In this document: positions 21,515-32,377 of the stretch, one piece after another | Position numbering within the stretch: position 1 is the first letter of the stretch | Layout of the letters: the number at the start of each line of letters is the position of its first letter | Assembly: GCA_965645245.1 (NCBI GenBank) | Contig: OZ287073.1 | Span: 2,046,001-2,110,000, forward strand | Reading direction: 5' to 3' | DNA length: 64,000 nt | Source of the DNA: Massalongia carnosa | Taxonomy: Eukaryota | Program-made: the position numbers and the translations under genes | Notes under the pieces: generated by a model | What the model was told of the DNA's origin: nothing | What the model saw: only the letters and a program-made list of their open reading frames with translations | Database searches by the model: none

Positions 21515-24500
21515 TCCTTGATCGAAATCGCGATCAAGGGCTTAGAAACAAGGAGGTTGTTAATGGGAACGGTGACACTGAAACGAAAATGATTAGGGTC
21601 TCTACTTGTGCTGTCCACGATACTGAAAAGAAAATCGAGGCAAGCATTTAGTTTTAAAACTAGCGTAGCTGGAATTAAAACCCGTTTACTTATCGATAAT
21701 GGAAGTGAAGCTGAACTCATTGACGAATCCTTTGTGCGTAAACACAAATTGAACACCTTCAAATTGGATAAGAAGGTGAAACTTACTTTGGGAAATGGAG
21801 AGGTAGTACAGCTCCTCTCGAAGGCCGCATTGATCGACGTGAAAATCGGAGATCACGAAGAGCAAGTCTTATGTTATTTGGCAAAACTAGAAGCGTATGC
21901 AGTCATTTTAGGGGATGGATGGCTGCAAACCCACAACCCAATGATCAATTGGAAAGAGAGAACGATGAAGTTCAACTCATCAGATTGTCTTGAAAAAGGA
22001 TGTCTTACACGAGGGATAACTTGCACCGAATTCGCTGTGGGAAGCAAGGTTAAGAATAGGATCGAGCCTAAGGAAGACATCGAAGTTCTTCCAGTCAACG
22101 CAAAACACTTCTTTCGAATGGCCAGAAAGAAGGATCACGACGGCTATCTATGGATTCCTCGAGAAACAAAGAAGGCCTTCTGCGCAACTACCACCGGAGC
22201 AGTGACATCAGGAGATTACGACAAGTTCATGAAGGGGAAACCGGAATACACCCGAGAGGAGTTGTTGGAGAGAGTCCCAGCAGCTTATCACAGCGTAATA
22301 GATGTTTTCATGAAGCACAAGGCGGATGAACTGCCTGAACACCGGAAGGAGGATCATCAGATAAATCTCGAAGCGGGAAAAGAAGCTCCGTACGTAAGGA
22401 ACTATAAACCCATGTCAGAACAAGAATTGGAAGCGGTTAAAAAATACATCGACGAGCATCTGGGAAAAGGCTTCATCCGTCCAAGTTCGTCAAGCGCAGC
22501 AGCCCCCGTTCTTTTAGTTAGAAAACCAGGGGGTGGTTTAAGATTTTGCGTAGATTATAGAGCCTTAAACTCCATCACGATCAAGAACAGGTACCCAATA
22601 CCGTTGATAAATGAAACGTTGGGAAAACTATCACAAGCCAAGAAGTTCACAAAACTGGATGTGATTACCGCTTTCAATCGTATGAGAATGAAGGAAGGCC
22701 ACGAATGGCTAACGGCTTTCAATACCAGATATGGTCAGTTCGAATATCTGGTAATGCCATTCGGTCTCTGCAACGCTCCGGGAACCTTTCAGAGCTTCAT
22801 TAACGATACAATCAGAGAATACTTAGACGTCTTCTGCACTGCGTACTTGGACGATGTCCTAATTTATAGCGAAAAGGAAGAAGAGCATTCCGAACAAGTG
22901 TTAAAAGTTCTAACTCGATTGAAGGAGAAAGGACTGCAAGTGGACATAGACAAATGCGAATTCTCTGTGACGGAAGTAAAGTATCTTGGATTAATAGTTA
23001 CCACCGATGGAATAAAGATGGACTCGGAGAAAATCGAGGCGATTCTGAAATGGGAGACCCCAGGCTCCGTAAAAGACGTGCAAGCATTTTTAGGCTTTGC
23101 GAATTTTTATCGACGATTTATATCGAGATTTTCGCAACGGACGAGATCGTTAACAGAATTAACAAAGGGCGAACAAATAACGACGAAATCAGGAAAGAAA
23201 CGAACCAAGTATAATTCGTTTGTATGGTCTGAAGATTCTCAAAAGGCCTTCGAAAATTTAAAAATTGTGTTCAATACCGCTCCCGTCTTAGCACATTACG
23301 ATCCGGCCCTGGAAACATGGATCGAGACTGACTCTTCAGATTTCGTCAGCGCCGGAGTACTCTCTCAAATGCACGATGGAGTACTGAAACCGGTAGCCTA
23401 TTTTTCCAAGAAGATGACCCCTGCCGAGTGTAACTATATGATTTATGATAAGGAATTCCTCGCTATTGTAAAGAGCTTCAAAGTCTGGCACCCCGAGGTT
23501 GCAAGTGCTGCTCCTGATAAACCTGTTAAAGTATACACCGATCACAAGAATTTAGAGCACTTCATGACCACGAAGCAGCTAAACAGAAGGCAAGCCAGAT
23601 GGGCCGAATTTCTTTCCGAATTTAATTTCAAGATTATGTATCGACCGGGAAAGCAAGGAGAGAAACCGGATACGCTTACTCGACGCTCTCAAGATATCCC
23701 GAAAGGATTCGAAGATATCAGAGAGCAACATCAGTTTCAAACGCTGCTTCAAGAGCATCAACTAGATGACGATGTACGAAAAGCGTTAGCAGTCGTGTTC
23801 TGCGCAAACACAGCGGACGACGACGACGACGACGATAACAATCAAGATAATCAAAGCGAATTCATCGAGGAAGACACAACAGGATCGGAGGAACCCAACG
23901 CAGAACCTACATCAGTGATCGACGAGACCGAGAGCTCAGTAACGAAGACTTTGGAGGAACTAATTGAAGAAGCTTACGAAAAAGACGAAACAGTTCAAGA
24001 CATAGTAGCAGCAAAGAGGAAGGAACTGAGGAAACTCCCATTGAACCTCATAAAAAGAGGAATAAAGCTAGCAATGGGGGACCTCAAACTAGAAAACGAC
24101 AAGCTGTATGTCAAAGGAAGACTATACGTACCAGATTAAGAGCCATTGCAGCTACATTTACTGAAAAAGCATCACGAACCACTATTACAGGGCCATCCGG
24201 GATACAAAAGTATGTATCAGATAATGAGAGAAAATTATTTCTGGTTTGAAATGAAGGATCACTGCAAGATATACGCAGTTAACTGCTCCGTATGCCGAAG
24301 ATCAAAAGCATACAACGACAAGAAGCAAGGCCTGCTGAATCCTCTTCCTATTCCAAATAGAAAATGGATGGACGTGTCATTGGACTTCGTCGAATTCCTT
24401 CCAGAATGCCGAAGACGAAACAGAGTCTATCAACACATATTAGTGATAGTAGATCGTTTAACGAAAAGACGATTATATGAACCACTAACCTCTCTCTCTA

Positions 24501-25520
24501 CTGATGAACTGATGGATGCGATGTCCAGGAGATTATTCTCCTCTTACGGATTTCCTATATCAACAGTCAACGATCGCGGTAGTCAACTAACCGCTCACTT
24601 ATGGAAAAGAGTTTGCGAAAGATACGGGGTTAGAATCAAATTCTCATCTGCACATCATCCCGAAACAGACGGTCAAACCGAAAACGCCAACAAGGTAATG
24701 AAAAATTATCTCCGAGCATACGTCAATTACACACAAGACAACTGGGTGGATTATCTTTCAGACACAGAGTTTGCCGCCAACAATCATGTAAATGTATCAA
24801 CGGGAATGACTCCATTCTTCGCAGACCATGGCTTTCACCCACGCTGTGGCATCGAACCACCAGGCACATACGAAGGAAAAGGAAAGTAGAGATACTACAT
24901 GCTGACAAAATCATAGAACGGCAAGAAGCCATGCGAACCTGGCTCCGAGATCAATTAGCCTGGGCTCAGGAAGAACAAACACGACACGCAAACAAAGGCC
25001 GTCAACCTCACCCGGAATACAAAATCGGGGACATGGTTTATGTAAACGCCAAGCACTTTGCTTCAGAAAGACCCAGCAGATTATTAAGCTTCAAGAACAT
25101 AGGACCATGGAAGATAATAAGAATTATTGACAATAAAGCATACGAATTAGAGATCCCGGATCAGTTAAAGAACGTCGGGCTTACCCCCATCTTTCATCCG
25201 TGGAAGCTACATCTCGCACCTTCCAACCCATTCCCAGGACAAGTCTTACCGCCTGGACCGCCCATAGCCATAACCGAAAACGACTAAGAGGAGGCCCACG
25301 AAGAATGGGAAGTCCTCGAAATAATAGACTGCCGCGAAACAAGAAAGTTCGGCGAGCAGTCCAAAGCAACCTTCATTAGAAATTGGGATGAATGGAACGC
25401 GAACCCTTACTGGCAACCGTGGACCGAATTCAAGAATTCAAAGGACAAAATCCTCCAATATCATCGAGAACATCCACAGAAACCCAAACCACCAGATGAT
25501 CTAACAAAAATAGATGATAA
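21509..25520 (+). pseudogene. pol: Gypsy A pol (PR, RT, RNase H, IN, chromodomain) with stops at 24139, 24889, 25287
   Basis: LLIDNGSE, LRFCVDYRALN, MPFGLCNAP, YLDD, ETDSS, NDRGSQ, HHPETDGQTE, EWEVLEI. Confidence 0.95.
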
Positions 25521-25594
25521 TCAAGAATCAGGCTAGCTGGCAGGGCGCCTGCCACTTAGCGCTTCGGAGACCTCGCCAATAGAAGGGGGGATAG

Positions 25595-25767
25595 TGTCAG
25601 GGTCCTAGCCTGACATAGGGCTGAGATGGAAGGGGGGAGCACGCGAGGCTAGCGCGAATCTCGGTGCAGATATTTCTAGCGAGTCGCGCACAATATTTCT
25701 TTTCTTCTTTTGTAGATAAATATTAGCTTAATAGCGGTTGATTAGAATCGACGACAGCTTCCTTACA
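25595..25767 (+). repeat. Gypsy A 3' LTR
   Basis: Direct repeat of 19487-19659, followed by TSD GACGA. Confidence 0.95.
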
Positions 25768-26904
25768 GACGAGGACGAGAAAAATGTATATTCTCGCCAA
25801 CTTGAGGCCAAGGCGCGGAAGGAACTGGAAGACCCTGGCTGTCCTCCCTGCTACCCGTCGGACCTCGACATCACTCTGCGAAATATCACCCAGATGTTCC
25901 AGGCAATCGTGCGGTATTGGCTATCGTTACTACGGAAAAACGATGTTGTTCTTTGCGCCCAAGCATCGGACTGGCGGAAATTCCGCGCGGATCAGCTGCG
26001 CCAGCGCCGTTTTCGAAACGATAGCTTCGACGAGTTTGTGGACGAGGTTCGTGAGCGTCGGCGAAGACATGGCCTGAGTGGTGATGTCCGCCTCCTGTCG
26101 GACCTAAGGCAGCAGCGTCAGCTGGAAAAATGGATTGAGTTTCAAAACTACCATCTCATACAACTTGAGCGGTTTGAAGCGGAACAGGACAAGTCGAAAC
26201 AAAGTTTATATGACACTTGGAAGCTAGCTAGCGACACGAACGCCTCAGGTTCTAAACGCGCAGCAGGGAACGTAGAAGCCCTTGAGCACATCCTGGAGTG
26301 CGGTGAACGGGACCTAGAACGGCACAAGGCTCTGCTGAACTGGATCGAGCAACAACGACAGACGATGGATCCGGGACATCCGACACCCTCTCTCTAAGAA
26401 GACAATAACGATCAGGCTATTCTTTTCAAGGCCGGCCCGAGGACCTCGGCTTGTGGCGGTCGGAAGCGAAGAGCAAAGGTTTCTGCGGTCCTCGGTCAGG
26501 CCAAGGTCATGAAGGTCAAGTCGAAGAAGCGGAACACGCTGATCCAGAAGCCCAGGCAGCCCGAATTCGCACCACCATCCAGGATTTGGATGCCATCCGG
26601 CAGGCACCGATGCGTCAAGAGACAACGCCTCGGCTGACCAAGGAGAAAGAGACGTCACTCCATCAATCTCGTCCGCAGAGGGTGTCTAAGGCAAAACGCT
26701 TCTCAAATGCCAGCGTGAAATCACTGTCAGATAGACAACGCCGCGGCACGGGGCCGCCTCGATCTCTAGACCAAGCACGGTCTAAGCGGCGGCCGGCCCC
26801 ACGGCGACAGCAGCCTGCCCATGAAATTATCAAGACACGGAGTGGACGGATATCAATGTCTCCAGTGAGATGGGCTCCAGAGCGAAAACCTTATCACATA
26901 GGTA

Positions 26905-28242
26905 CAGTACTAGGTCAAAAGTTTCCGACAGCCCCACTATCAACTTTTTACCCCCCCACTGCTTTGAATTATCAACTATCAAGTTGTTATTTTGATGTCT
27001 TGAAACTTCGTACGATGATTACATACATTATAGCAAGTACATTGGGCTGAGAAATATATTTTTAATATTTCGTATACCATCCTTTTGACTGGATGCAAGC
27101 TTCAATCCTCCTTTCCATGCTGTCTACTAAACTCTTCAGCATTTCCTCATCTATCAAGGCCCATGCTTCTTCCAAAGCTTTCCAAAGTACCTCGCGGACC
27201 CTATCATCACCACCAGTCACCGAGTCGATGTCCGGATTGACCTGGTAGACGAGCTTTTTGAGCACGTACCAAACGTGCTCGATGGGATTCAAATCAGGAG
27301 AATAAGGGGGCCAATCGATGACTGTTATACCGTTTTCATCGAACCATTTCTTCACCTTTTTGGCAGTGTGAATGGGGGCATTATCCTGCATGAAAATGAG
27401 ACCTGGTTCCCAAATTCCAAGCAGATTATCGTTCAATAATTCCAAATATGAATTCGCGGAGTACCCCATCTTCTTTGCCTCGAAATCGCGGGCCAATTTG
27501 TAAAGATCCGACCTCCCCCCGCCCCAAAAAGCCCCCCATACCATGACCTTAACCTCTTTTCCTTTGCCGTACGGTTGTATCATAGGTTTTTTCCATTTTT
27601 CGTCCGGAAACCTGAACACCCATTGACGCTGTTTTCCCGACCCCTTTTCCACCGAGCACTCGTCTGACCATATTATTTTTGACCACTGCTCAAAATTCCA
27701 CTCACGCCGAAGCAAGCACCAGTCCAGTCTCTTCTTTGCCACCTCGGGCGTCAATGAAGGTTGCTTTTTAGCCAGCCAGTTTGTTAGACCATAGTCTTTG
27801 AGCGTCCGATAGAGAGTGGATCGACTACATTGCACCTCAACCTCCGTACGCAGCTGCGCGTAGGTGATGCGTGGATTGATTCGCGCAAGTTTGATGATAC
27901 GTCTTCGATCGCGGTTCGAAAGTATTCCAGGCCGACCCGATCGCGATTTGGACTTTTCGTTGTTGCGTTCTGGGTGCTTTTGAAGAGTGTAAATGACGGT
28001 GGTTCGAGGCACATTTAATGTCTTTGCAATTTCGGCCGGTGCATGCCCCAACGCCTGGGCTCCAATAATCATACCTCTTTGACATTGATTCAATTCGGTA
28101 TTACGAGGCTTATTACCAGAAATTGAAGTCAACGGAGTGCGTGGCATGGTGAAATGACGAGGTCAAAGTTGATGGGTTGGTAGGTTAAAACGCGAAATCA
28201 CGACAATCGCGGGTAGAGTCGGAAACTTTTGACACGGGACTG
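26905..28242 (-). mobile_element. Tc1/mariner DNA transposon
   Basis: TA on both sides; 25-bp imperfect TIRs CAGTACTAGGTCAAAAGTTTCCGAC / CAGTCCCGTGTCAAAAGTTTCCGAC. Confidence 0.96.
27062..28147 (-). CDS. Tc1-family DD34E transposase, intact
   Basis: HTH with RSGRP, IIWSDE, VMVWGAF, FMQDNAPIH, WPPYSPDLNPIEHVW; 34 residues between the second D and E. Confidence 0.97.
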   Translation of the reverse strand: MPRTPLTSISGNKPRNTELNQCQRGMIIGAQALGHAPAEIAKTLNVPRTTVIYTLQKHPERNNEKSKSRSGRPGILSNRDRRRIIKLARINPRITYAQLRTEVEVQCSRSTLYRTLKDYGLTNWLAKKQPSLTPEVAKKRLDWCLLRREWNFEQWSKIIWSDECSVEKGSGKQRQWVFRFPDEKWKKPMIQPYGKGKEVKVMVWGAFWGGGRSDLYKLARDFEAKKMGYSANSYLELLNDNLLGIWEPGLIFMQDNAPIHTAKKVKKWFDENGITVIDWPPYSPDLNPIEHVWYVLKKLVYQVNPDIDSVTGGDDRVREVLWKALEEAWALIDEEMLKSLVDSMERRIEACIQSKGWYTKY

Positions 28243-28406
28243 TAGGGAGAAAGGGAGAAAGAGCACAATTGTATTTACGCTACGGCACACAAATGGAATA
28301 TAGATGAGATGGTTCTATGTCACGTGAGGCCCCTGAGTCAAAGTAAATTAAGAATCACCCTCTGAAAATTCTTTCCTCATCCACTTCTTCTCACTCGGCC
28401 TCATCC

Positions 28407-28529
28407 ATCTCACTGACTCGTCGTCGACCCCACGTTCTCTCGGTGCCCCTACCTCGCTGTCAGTGCTTGCTGCTTTTCCAATCTCACTGACTCGTCGTCG
28501 ACCTCACGTTGTCTCGGTGCCCCTACCTC
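28407..28529 (+). repeat. ~48-bp direct duplication in the YR element leader
   Basis: ATCTCACTGACTCGTCGTCGACC(C/T)CACGTT(C/G)TCTCGGTGCCCCTACCTC at ~28407 and ~28482. Confidence 0.85.
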
Positions 28530-28532
28530 CCA

Positions 28533-29546
28533 ATGACGAACACCCGTTCCCAAAGCACCTTGATGGACGACATAGTCCCCGACCCCCAGGAGATTGTCGG
28601 ATTGACGCAGGCCCAATCCAATCAAATCTTCGCCCTACAAAAGAAGAAAGCCGAGGCGGAAGCGAAGGCGGCCGAGGCTGAGGCCAGAATTGCCGAGTCC
28701 AAGGCATTGGTCGCCGAGAAGGAGGTGGAAAAAATGCAGCTAGAAATCGACTGCATGCGCCGAGAATCTGACGCCCGAATAGCGGCCGTCATTCCTGCTG
28801 GCAAGCCGAGTCGTGTCGTCGGCGATGACGACGAGGACCTAGGTGAGATCCCTCTCGAAGTAAGAAGCATAGCACCCCGTTTCGCGGGCCTACCACAGGA
28901 CCAGATCATCAAGATCTTTTCAAATAAATTCAAAGCCATCAACCTCTCCCGCCTCCGACACATGCGCGGCATGCAATACGAGTCATACAAGGATCAAGAC
29001 CGCATCGGCATCGAAGACGGCGCCTTGAGGTTGAGAAAGGCATCCGGGACCTACAAAGATTTCGGAAAGACAGTTCATGACGTCTGGACCGAGAGCTTCA
29101 TCAACTACACCTCGATCATGGTCAGTCTTTTCGGGAAATCGAGTCAACAGCTTCACGCCACCATGTCGGCATTCCACGGAAAAATCCTCACGCTGGCCAA
29201 GGTGTACGAGTGGCAGGAAGCAGTCCTCCCCCTCGCCATCGAAACCCACACCCACGTCATCGCGTCTCAGCCATCCGACGCATCCCAATGGAAAATGCCC
29301 GACGAATTCCAAGCTCGATTCTGCACCCCCCTCACAGTCCTACGCCGTCGCCGCTCACGATCCCCGCCGTCCCGACGACCGACCCCGAGAGGAGACAGGG
29401 CCGAGAGGGCCGAGAAGGCAGCGGGGGAAATCTGCGACAAGTACAACAGCGGCACCTGCACCTGGCCGTCGTGCTACCGACAGCACAAATGCAAATCGTG
29501 CGGCGCGGCTGGGCATGGCCAGAAGACATGCCCAACGAAGAAATAG
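28533..29546 (+). CDS. gag: YR retrotransposon Gag-like ORF1 (coiled coil, C-terminal CCCH plus CCHC zinc fingers)
   Basis: First ATG at 28533; AEAEAKAAEAEAR coiled coil; CDKYNSGTCTWPSCYRQH-KCKSCGAAGHGQKTC. Confidence 0.88.
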   Translation: MTNTRSQSTLMDDIVPDPQEIVGLTQAQSNQIFALQKKKAEAEAKAAEAEARIAESKALVAEKEVEKMQLEIDCMRRESDARIAAVIPAGKPSRVVGDDDEDLGEIPLEVRSIAPRFAGLPQDQIIKIFSNKFKAINLSRLRHMRGMQYESYKDQDRIGIEDGALRLRKASGTYKDFGKTVHDVWTESFINYTSIMVSLFGKSSQQLHATMSAFHGKILTLAKVYEWQEAVLPLAIETHTHVIASQPSDASQWKMPDEFQARFCTPLTVLRRRRSRSPPSRRPTPRGDRAERAEKAAGEICDKYNSGTCTWPSCYRQHKCKSCGAAGHGQKTCPTKK

Positions 29547-29591
29547 GGGGTTGGTGTAGGAGGCAGTAGAATAGCTTCAATAGCTGAATTC

Positions 29592-31295
29592 ATGACGTTC
29601 CATCCCTGCTTACCTACACCAATCAGACCAAATACAATCCCTTCGTTTCAACTCGTAGACGCATCTCGTCAGCGTTTGAAAGACAGCCCATCTCCCCTCG
29701 TAACGTCCGCATGGGCAACCCTACTTCAAGAGTATCCGGGCCCCCTCCGAGTCCATCTGCCCATGATCCTTCGTTTCGGAGTACAAATCGGATACGAAGG
29801 CCCCACAGACATCCTTCGGATCGAAAAAAATCTGACATCAGCGAATGAGGACCCGGAAACGATCGAGAATAAGCTTCAAGAGGACCTCAGGAAGGGCCGA
29901 GTCAGACGAATAGCCGCCCCGAGTCAGCCATTTGTGGCCTCCCTCCTCGGCTTGGTCCCGAAACATGACGGAGGATGGCGACGCATTCATCATCTGTCTC
30001 ATCCCAATCAAACATCAGTCAACGACAACATTCCAGAAGAGGCATCCAAATTACAATACGCCAGACTCGACGACATTATTCAATTGATTCTGTCAGAGGG
30101 CAAAGGTGCTGTCATAGTGAAAAGAGACGTCAAAGACGCCTTTCGAAACGTTCCCGTCGCACCTCATCATCAATGGCTTCTGGGTTTCGGATGGAATGAC
30201 GAATTCTACACCGAGACATGCCTTTCGTTCGGACTGTCGATGGCCCCGTTCATCTTCAATCTTTTTGCGGAAGGCTTTCATTGGATTTTGGAATCCTTTC
30301 TACAATGGAGATTACATCACTATCTAGACGACTTCGTTGCAATTTTCCCATCCGAGACATCGTCAGAACGATTGCACCAAGAAACAAAAGCCTACAACAT
30401 TCTCACCGACATTCTCGGCATCCCGAGAAACGACTCAAAAGACGCCGAGGGAACGACAGCGACAGTCTTCGGACTCGAGGTCGACACCATCAACAGTCTT
30501 ATTCGTCTGCCAGCGGACAAGCTGGAAAAAGCGAGAATCATCACTACAAAGGCACTAAACGAGACGACAATCAGCCTCGGCGACATGCAGTCAATAGCGG
30601 GCTTCCTAAGCTTCTGCGCACAGGCAGTCAAATTGGGCCGAGTCTTCTTACGATTATTCTGGAATTTTATAGCCTCATTTCCCTCGGGCAGTCATCGTCG
30701 GGTCAAAAGAAGAATTCCCACATGGGTCAGACAGGATCTCATCTGGTGGAACAAACTTTTAGTGGACTTCAACGGTATTGTCTTCTTCGAGACGTCAACA
30801 CGAGACACGATCAAGGTGCATACGGATGCATGCCTCACGGGTCTCGGAGGCTATTTTCAACAAGACAACGAGCTCGTGAATCAAAAAAACGCATGTAGGG
30901 CCCCAGTCCTAGTCCTCAATCAGGAAGAATCACCGACCATAAACGTCCGAGAAGTCGAGGCTATCCTTCTAATCCTTCAGAAATGGGCGCCGACATGGCG
31001 ACATCGACAGATCCTTGTCTTTACCGACAGCAACACAGCATACACAGGATTCACGAATCTAACCCTCAAGGGACCGGCCAACGCGCCTCTACGAGAAATA
31101 CTGTCCATAGCTGCAAAGTGGGACATCGTACTACGTTGTCAATGGATCAGTGGCACTTCCAATGGACTAGCAGATGCCCTGTCACGTTTTGATAATGAAA
31201 GATTAGCTAACTTTTGCCCTCATTGGCAGAACCCATACAATTTGATGAACCTCCCTCCACCTACCTATCCTCCACACCAGGGTCAGCCCTGGTAA
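29592..31295 (+). CDS. pol: YR retrotransposon reverse transcriptase / RNase H
   Basis: LGLVPKHDGGWRRIHHLS, KRDVKDAFRNVP, LSFGLSMAPFIF, HYLDDF, HTDACLTGLGG, INVREVEA, FTDS, NGLADALSR. Confidence 0.95.
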   Translation: MTFHPCLPTPIRPNTIPSFQLVDASRQRLKDSPSPLVTSAWATLLQEYPGPLRVHLPMILRFGVQIGYEGPTDILRIEKNLTSANEDPETIENKLQEDLRKGRVRRIAAPSQPFVASLLGLVPKHDGGWRRIHHLSHPNQTSVNDNIPEEASKLQYARLDDIIQLILSEGKGAVIVKRDVKDAFRNVPVAPHHQWLLGFGWNDEFYTETCLSFGLSMAPFIFNLFAEGFHWILESFLQWRLHHYLDDFVAIFPSETSSERLHQETKAYNILTDILGIPRNDSKDAEGTTATVFGLEVDTINSLIRLPADKLEKARIITTKALNETTISLGDMQSIAGFLSFCAQAVKLGRVFLRLFWNFIASFPSGSHRRVKRRIPTWVRQDLIWWNKLLVDFNGIVFFETSTRDTIKVHTDACLTGLGGYFQQDNELVNQKNACRAPVLVLNQEESPTINVREVEAILLILQKWAPTWRHRQILVFTDSNTAYTGFTNLTLKGPANAPLREILSIAAKWDIVLRCQWISGTSNGLADALSRFDNERLANFCPHWQNPYNLMNLPPPTYPPHQGQPW

Positions 31296-32377
31296 AACGC
31301 CTCGTCTGGCACGGACACTCGGCGGACACGAGAAAAGGGTACGGGACGGCGATCGACTCATACGAGGCAATCTGCGCGACGACGGGACGCACGTCGTGGC
31401 CTGCAACAACCGAGTCCCTCGAGGAATGGCTAGCCGGTCGACTATACGGGGGCGGCACACCCAAGCAGGGAAAGATAAAACCAGAGACGGCAGCGAGCTA
31501 CCTCGCCGGCCTCAGATCATACCATGTAGACCGAGGATACGGCCTCACCCCATTCGAGGGGCCGAGACTTCAATTGATGCTGAAAGGGGGAAAAAGGATC
31601 TTTTCTCAGACAAAAAGAAGACGCCTACCCATTTCAAAAAAATTACTGACAAAAATCACCAGTATTCCCGCTCATTCGGCCGAAGACCTCAACATCGACG
31701 CGACATTTAAAGTTGCATGGGCAGGGTTCCTCAGACTCGGGGAAATCACCTACACTGTCGCCGATCGTAAGAAGACATCTTTTCAGAGATTGAAACCTAC
31801 ACGATGTGACATCTCATTCGCCGAGAACGATCAATACGCGACATTACGTCTCAAAAGAAGCAAAACAGACACAAATCACACAGGAGTTCAGATAGTGCTT
31901 GCAGCGACCAATGAGAGCACTTGCCCCGTGACAGCACTACGGCGTCTTTTCAGAAATGATCCTCAGCCATCTACATCCCCGCTTTTTTGTCTCGGCACCG
32001 CATTCACCAGAGCCTCCGTCATAGCATCCCTGAAAAAGAGACTGATAGCCGCCGGCATCAACGACTCGGCATACTCGGGACACAGCTTCAGAAAAGGAGC
32101 AGCACAACACGCCGCCGACCACGGGATGCTGGATGAGAGTATTCAGAGACTCGGAAGATGGTCATCAAACGCGTTTCAGCTATACTTTCAGACGTCCCAG
32201 GCCTCACTATTCAATTTGAACCTCAGTTTTCAAAAAGGCATCCCTCTGGCAGTCCCACGTGCTGTCGTCGCCGAGACGAATCCTACAAACTCCTACCCCT
32301 ACTCAATTGGGCATTCCATTGGGCGTACAGGTCAACCAGGGCATCGATCCGGAGCGCCGCCGGGCACCTCCATCTAG
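31214..32377 (+). CDS. Tyrosine recombinase of the YR retrotransposon (no ATG at the 5' end)
   Basis: Catalytic set intact: FLRLGE (R), KRSKTD (K), GHSFRKGAA (HxxR), LGRWSS (W), FQLY (Y); CPVTAL motif. Confidence 0.94.
   Translation: MPSLAEPIQFDEPPSTYLSSTPGSALVKRLVWHGHSADTRKGYGTAIDSYEAICATTGRTSWPATTESLEEWLAGRLYGGGTPKQGKIKPETAASYLAGLRSYHVDRGYGLTPFEGPRLQLMLKGGKRIFSQTKRRRLPISKKLLTKITSIPAHSAEDLNIDATFKVAWAGFLRLGEITYTVADRKKTSFQRLKPTRCDISFAENDQYATLRLKRSKTDTNHTGVQIVLAATNESTCPVTALRRLFRNDPQPSTSPLFCLGTAFTRASVIASLKKRLIAAGINDSAYSGHSFRKGAAQHAADHGMLDESIQRLGRWSSNAFQLYFQTSQASLFNLNLSFQKGIPLAVPRAVVAETNPTNSYPYSIGHSIGRTGQPGHRSGAPPGTSI

Larger units (their letters stand above)
19487..25767 (+). mobile_element. 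Full-length but degenerate Ty3/gypsy chromovirus (copy A)
   Basis: 173-bp LTRs 19487-19659 and 25595-25767; TSD GACGA on both sides; PPT AGAAGGGGGGATAG; gag and pol carry stops and frameshifts. Confidence 0.97.
19340..26890 (+). pseudogene. Fungal hypothetical gene split by the gypsy insertion (parts ~19340-19486 and 25768-~26890)
   Basis: Removing the element and one GACGA copy joins ..SMTPPVDE|DEKNVYSRQLEAKARKELEDPGCPPCYP..QLEKWIEFQNYHL; intron-like GTTCGT..CTAAT..TAG just upstream; later stop at 26397 and frameshifts. Confidence 0.6.

Noticed and set aside
25738..26397. 219-aa ORF as an independent gene
   Set aside because: Its start lies inside the gypsy 3' LTR; it is the downstream half of the interrupted gene.
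31214..32377. Tyrosine recombinase as a Starship captain, Crypton or phage integrase
   Set aside because: It overlaps an RT/RNase H ORF and follows a gag, the layout of DIRS-order retrotransposons.
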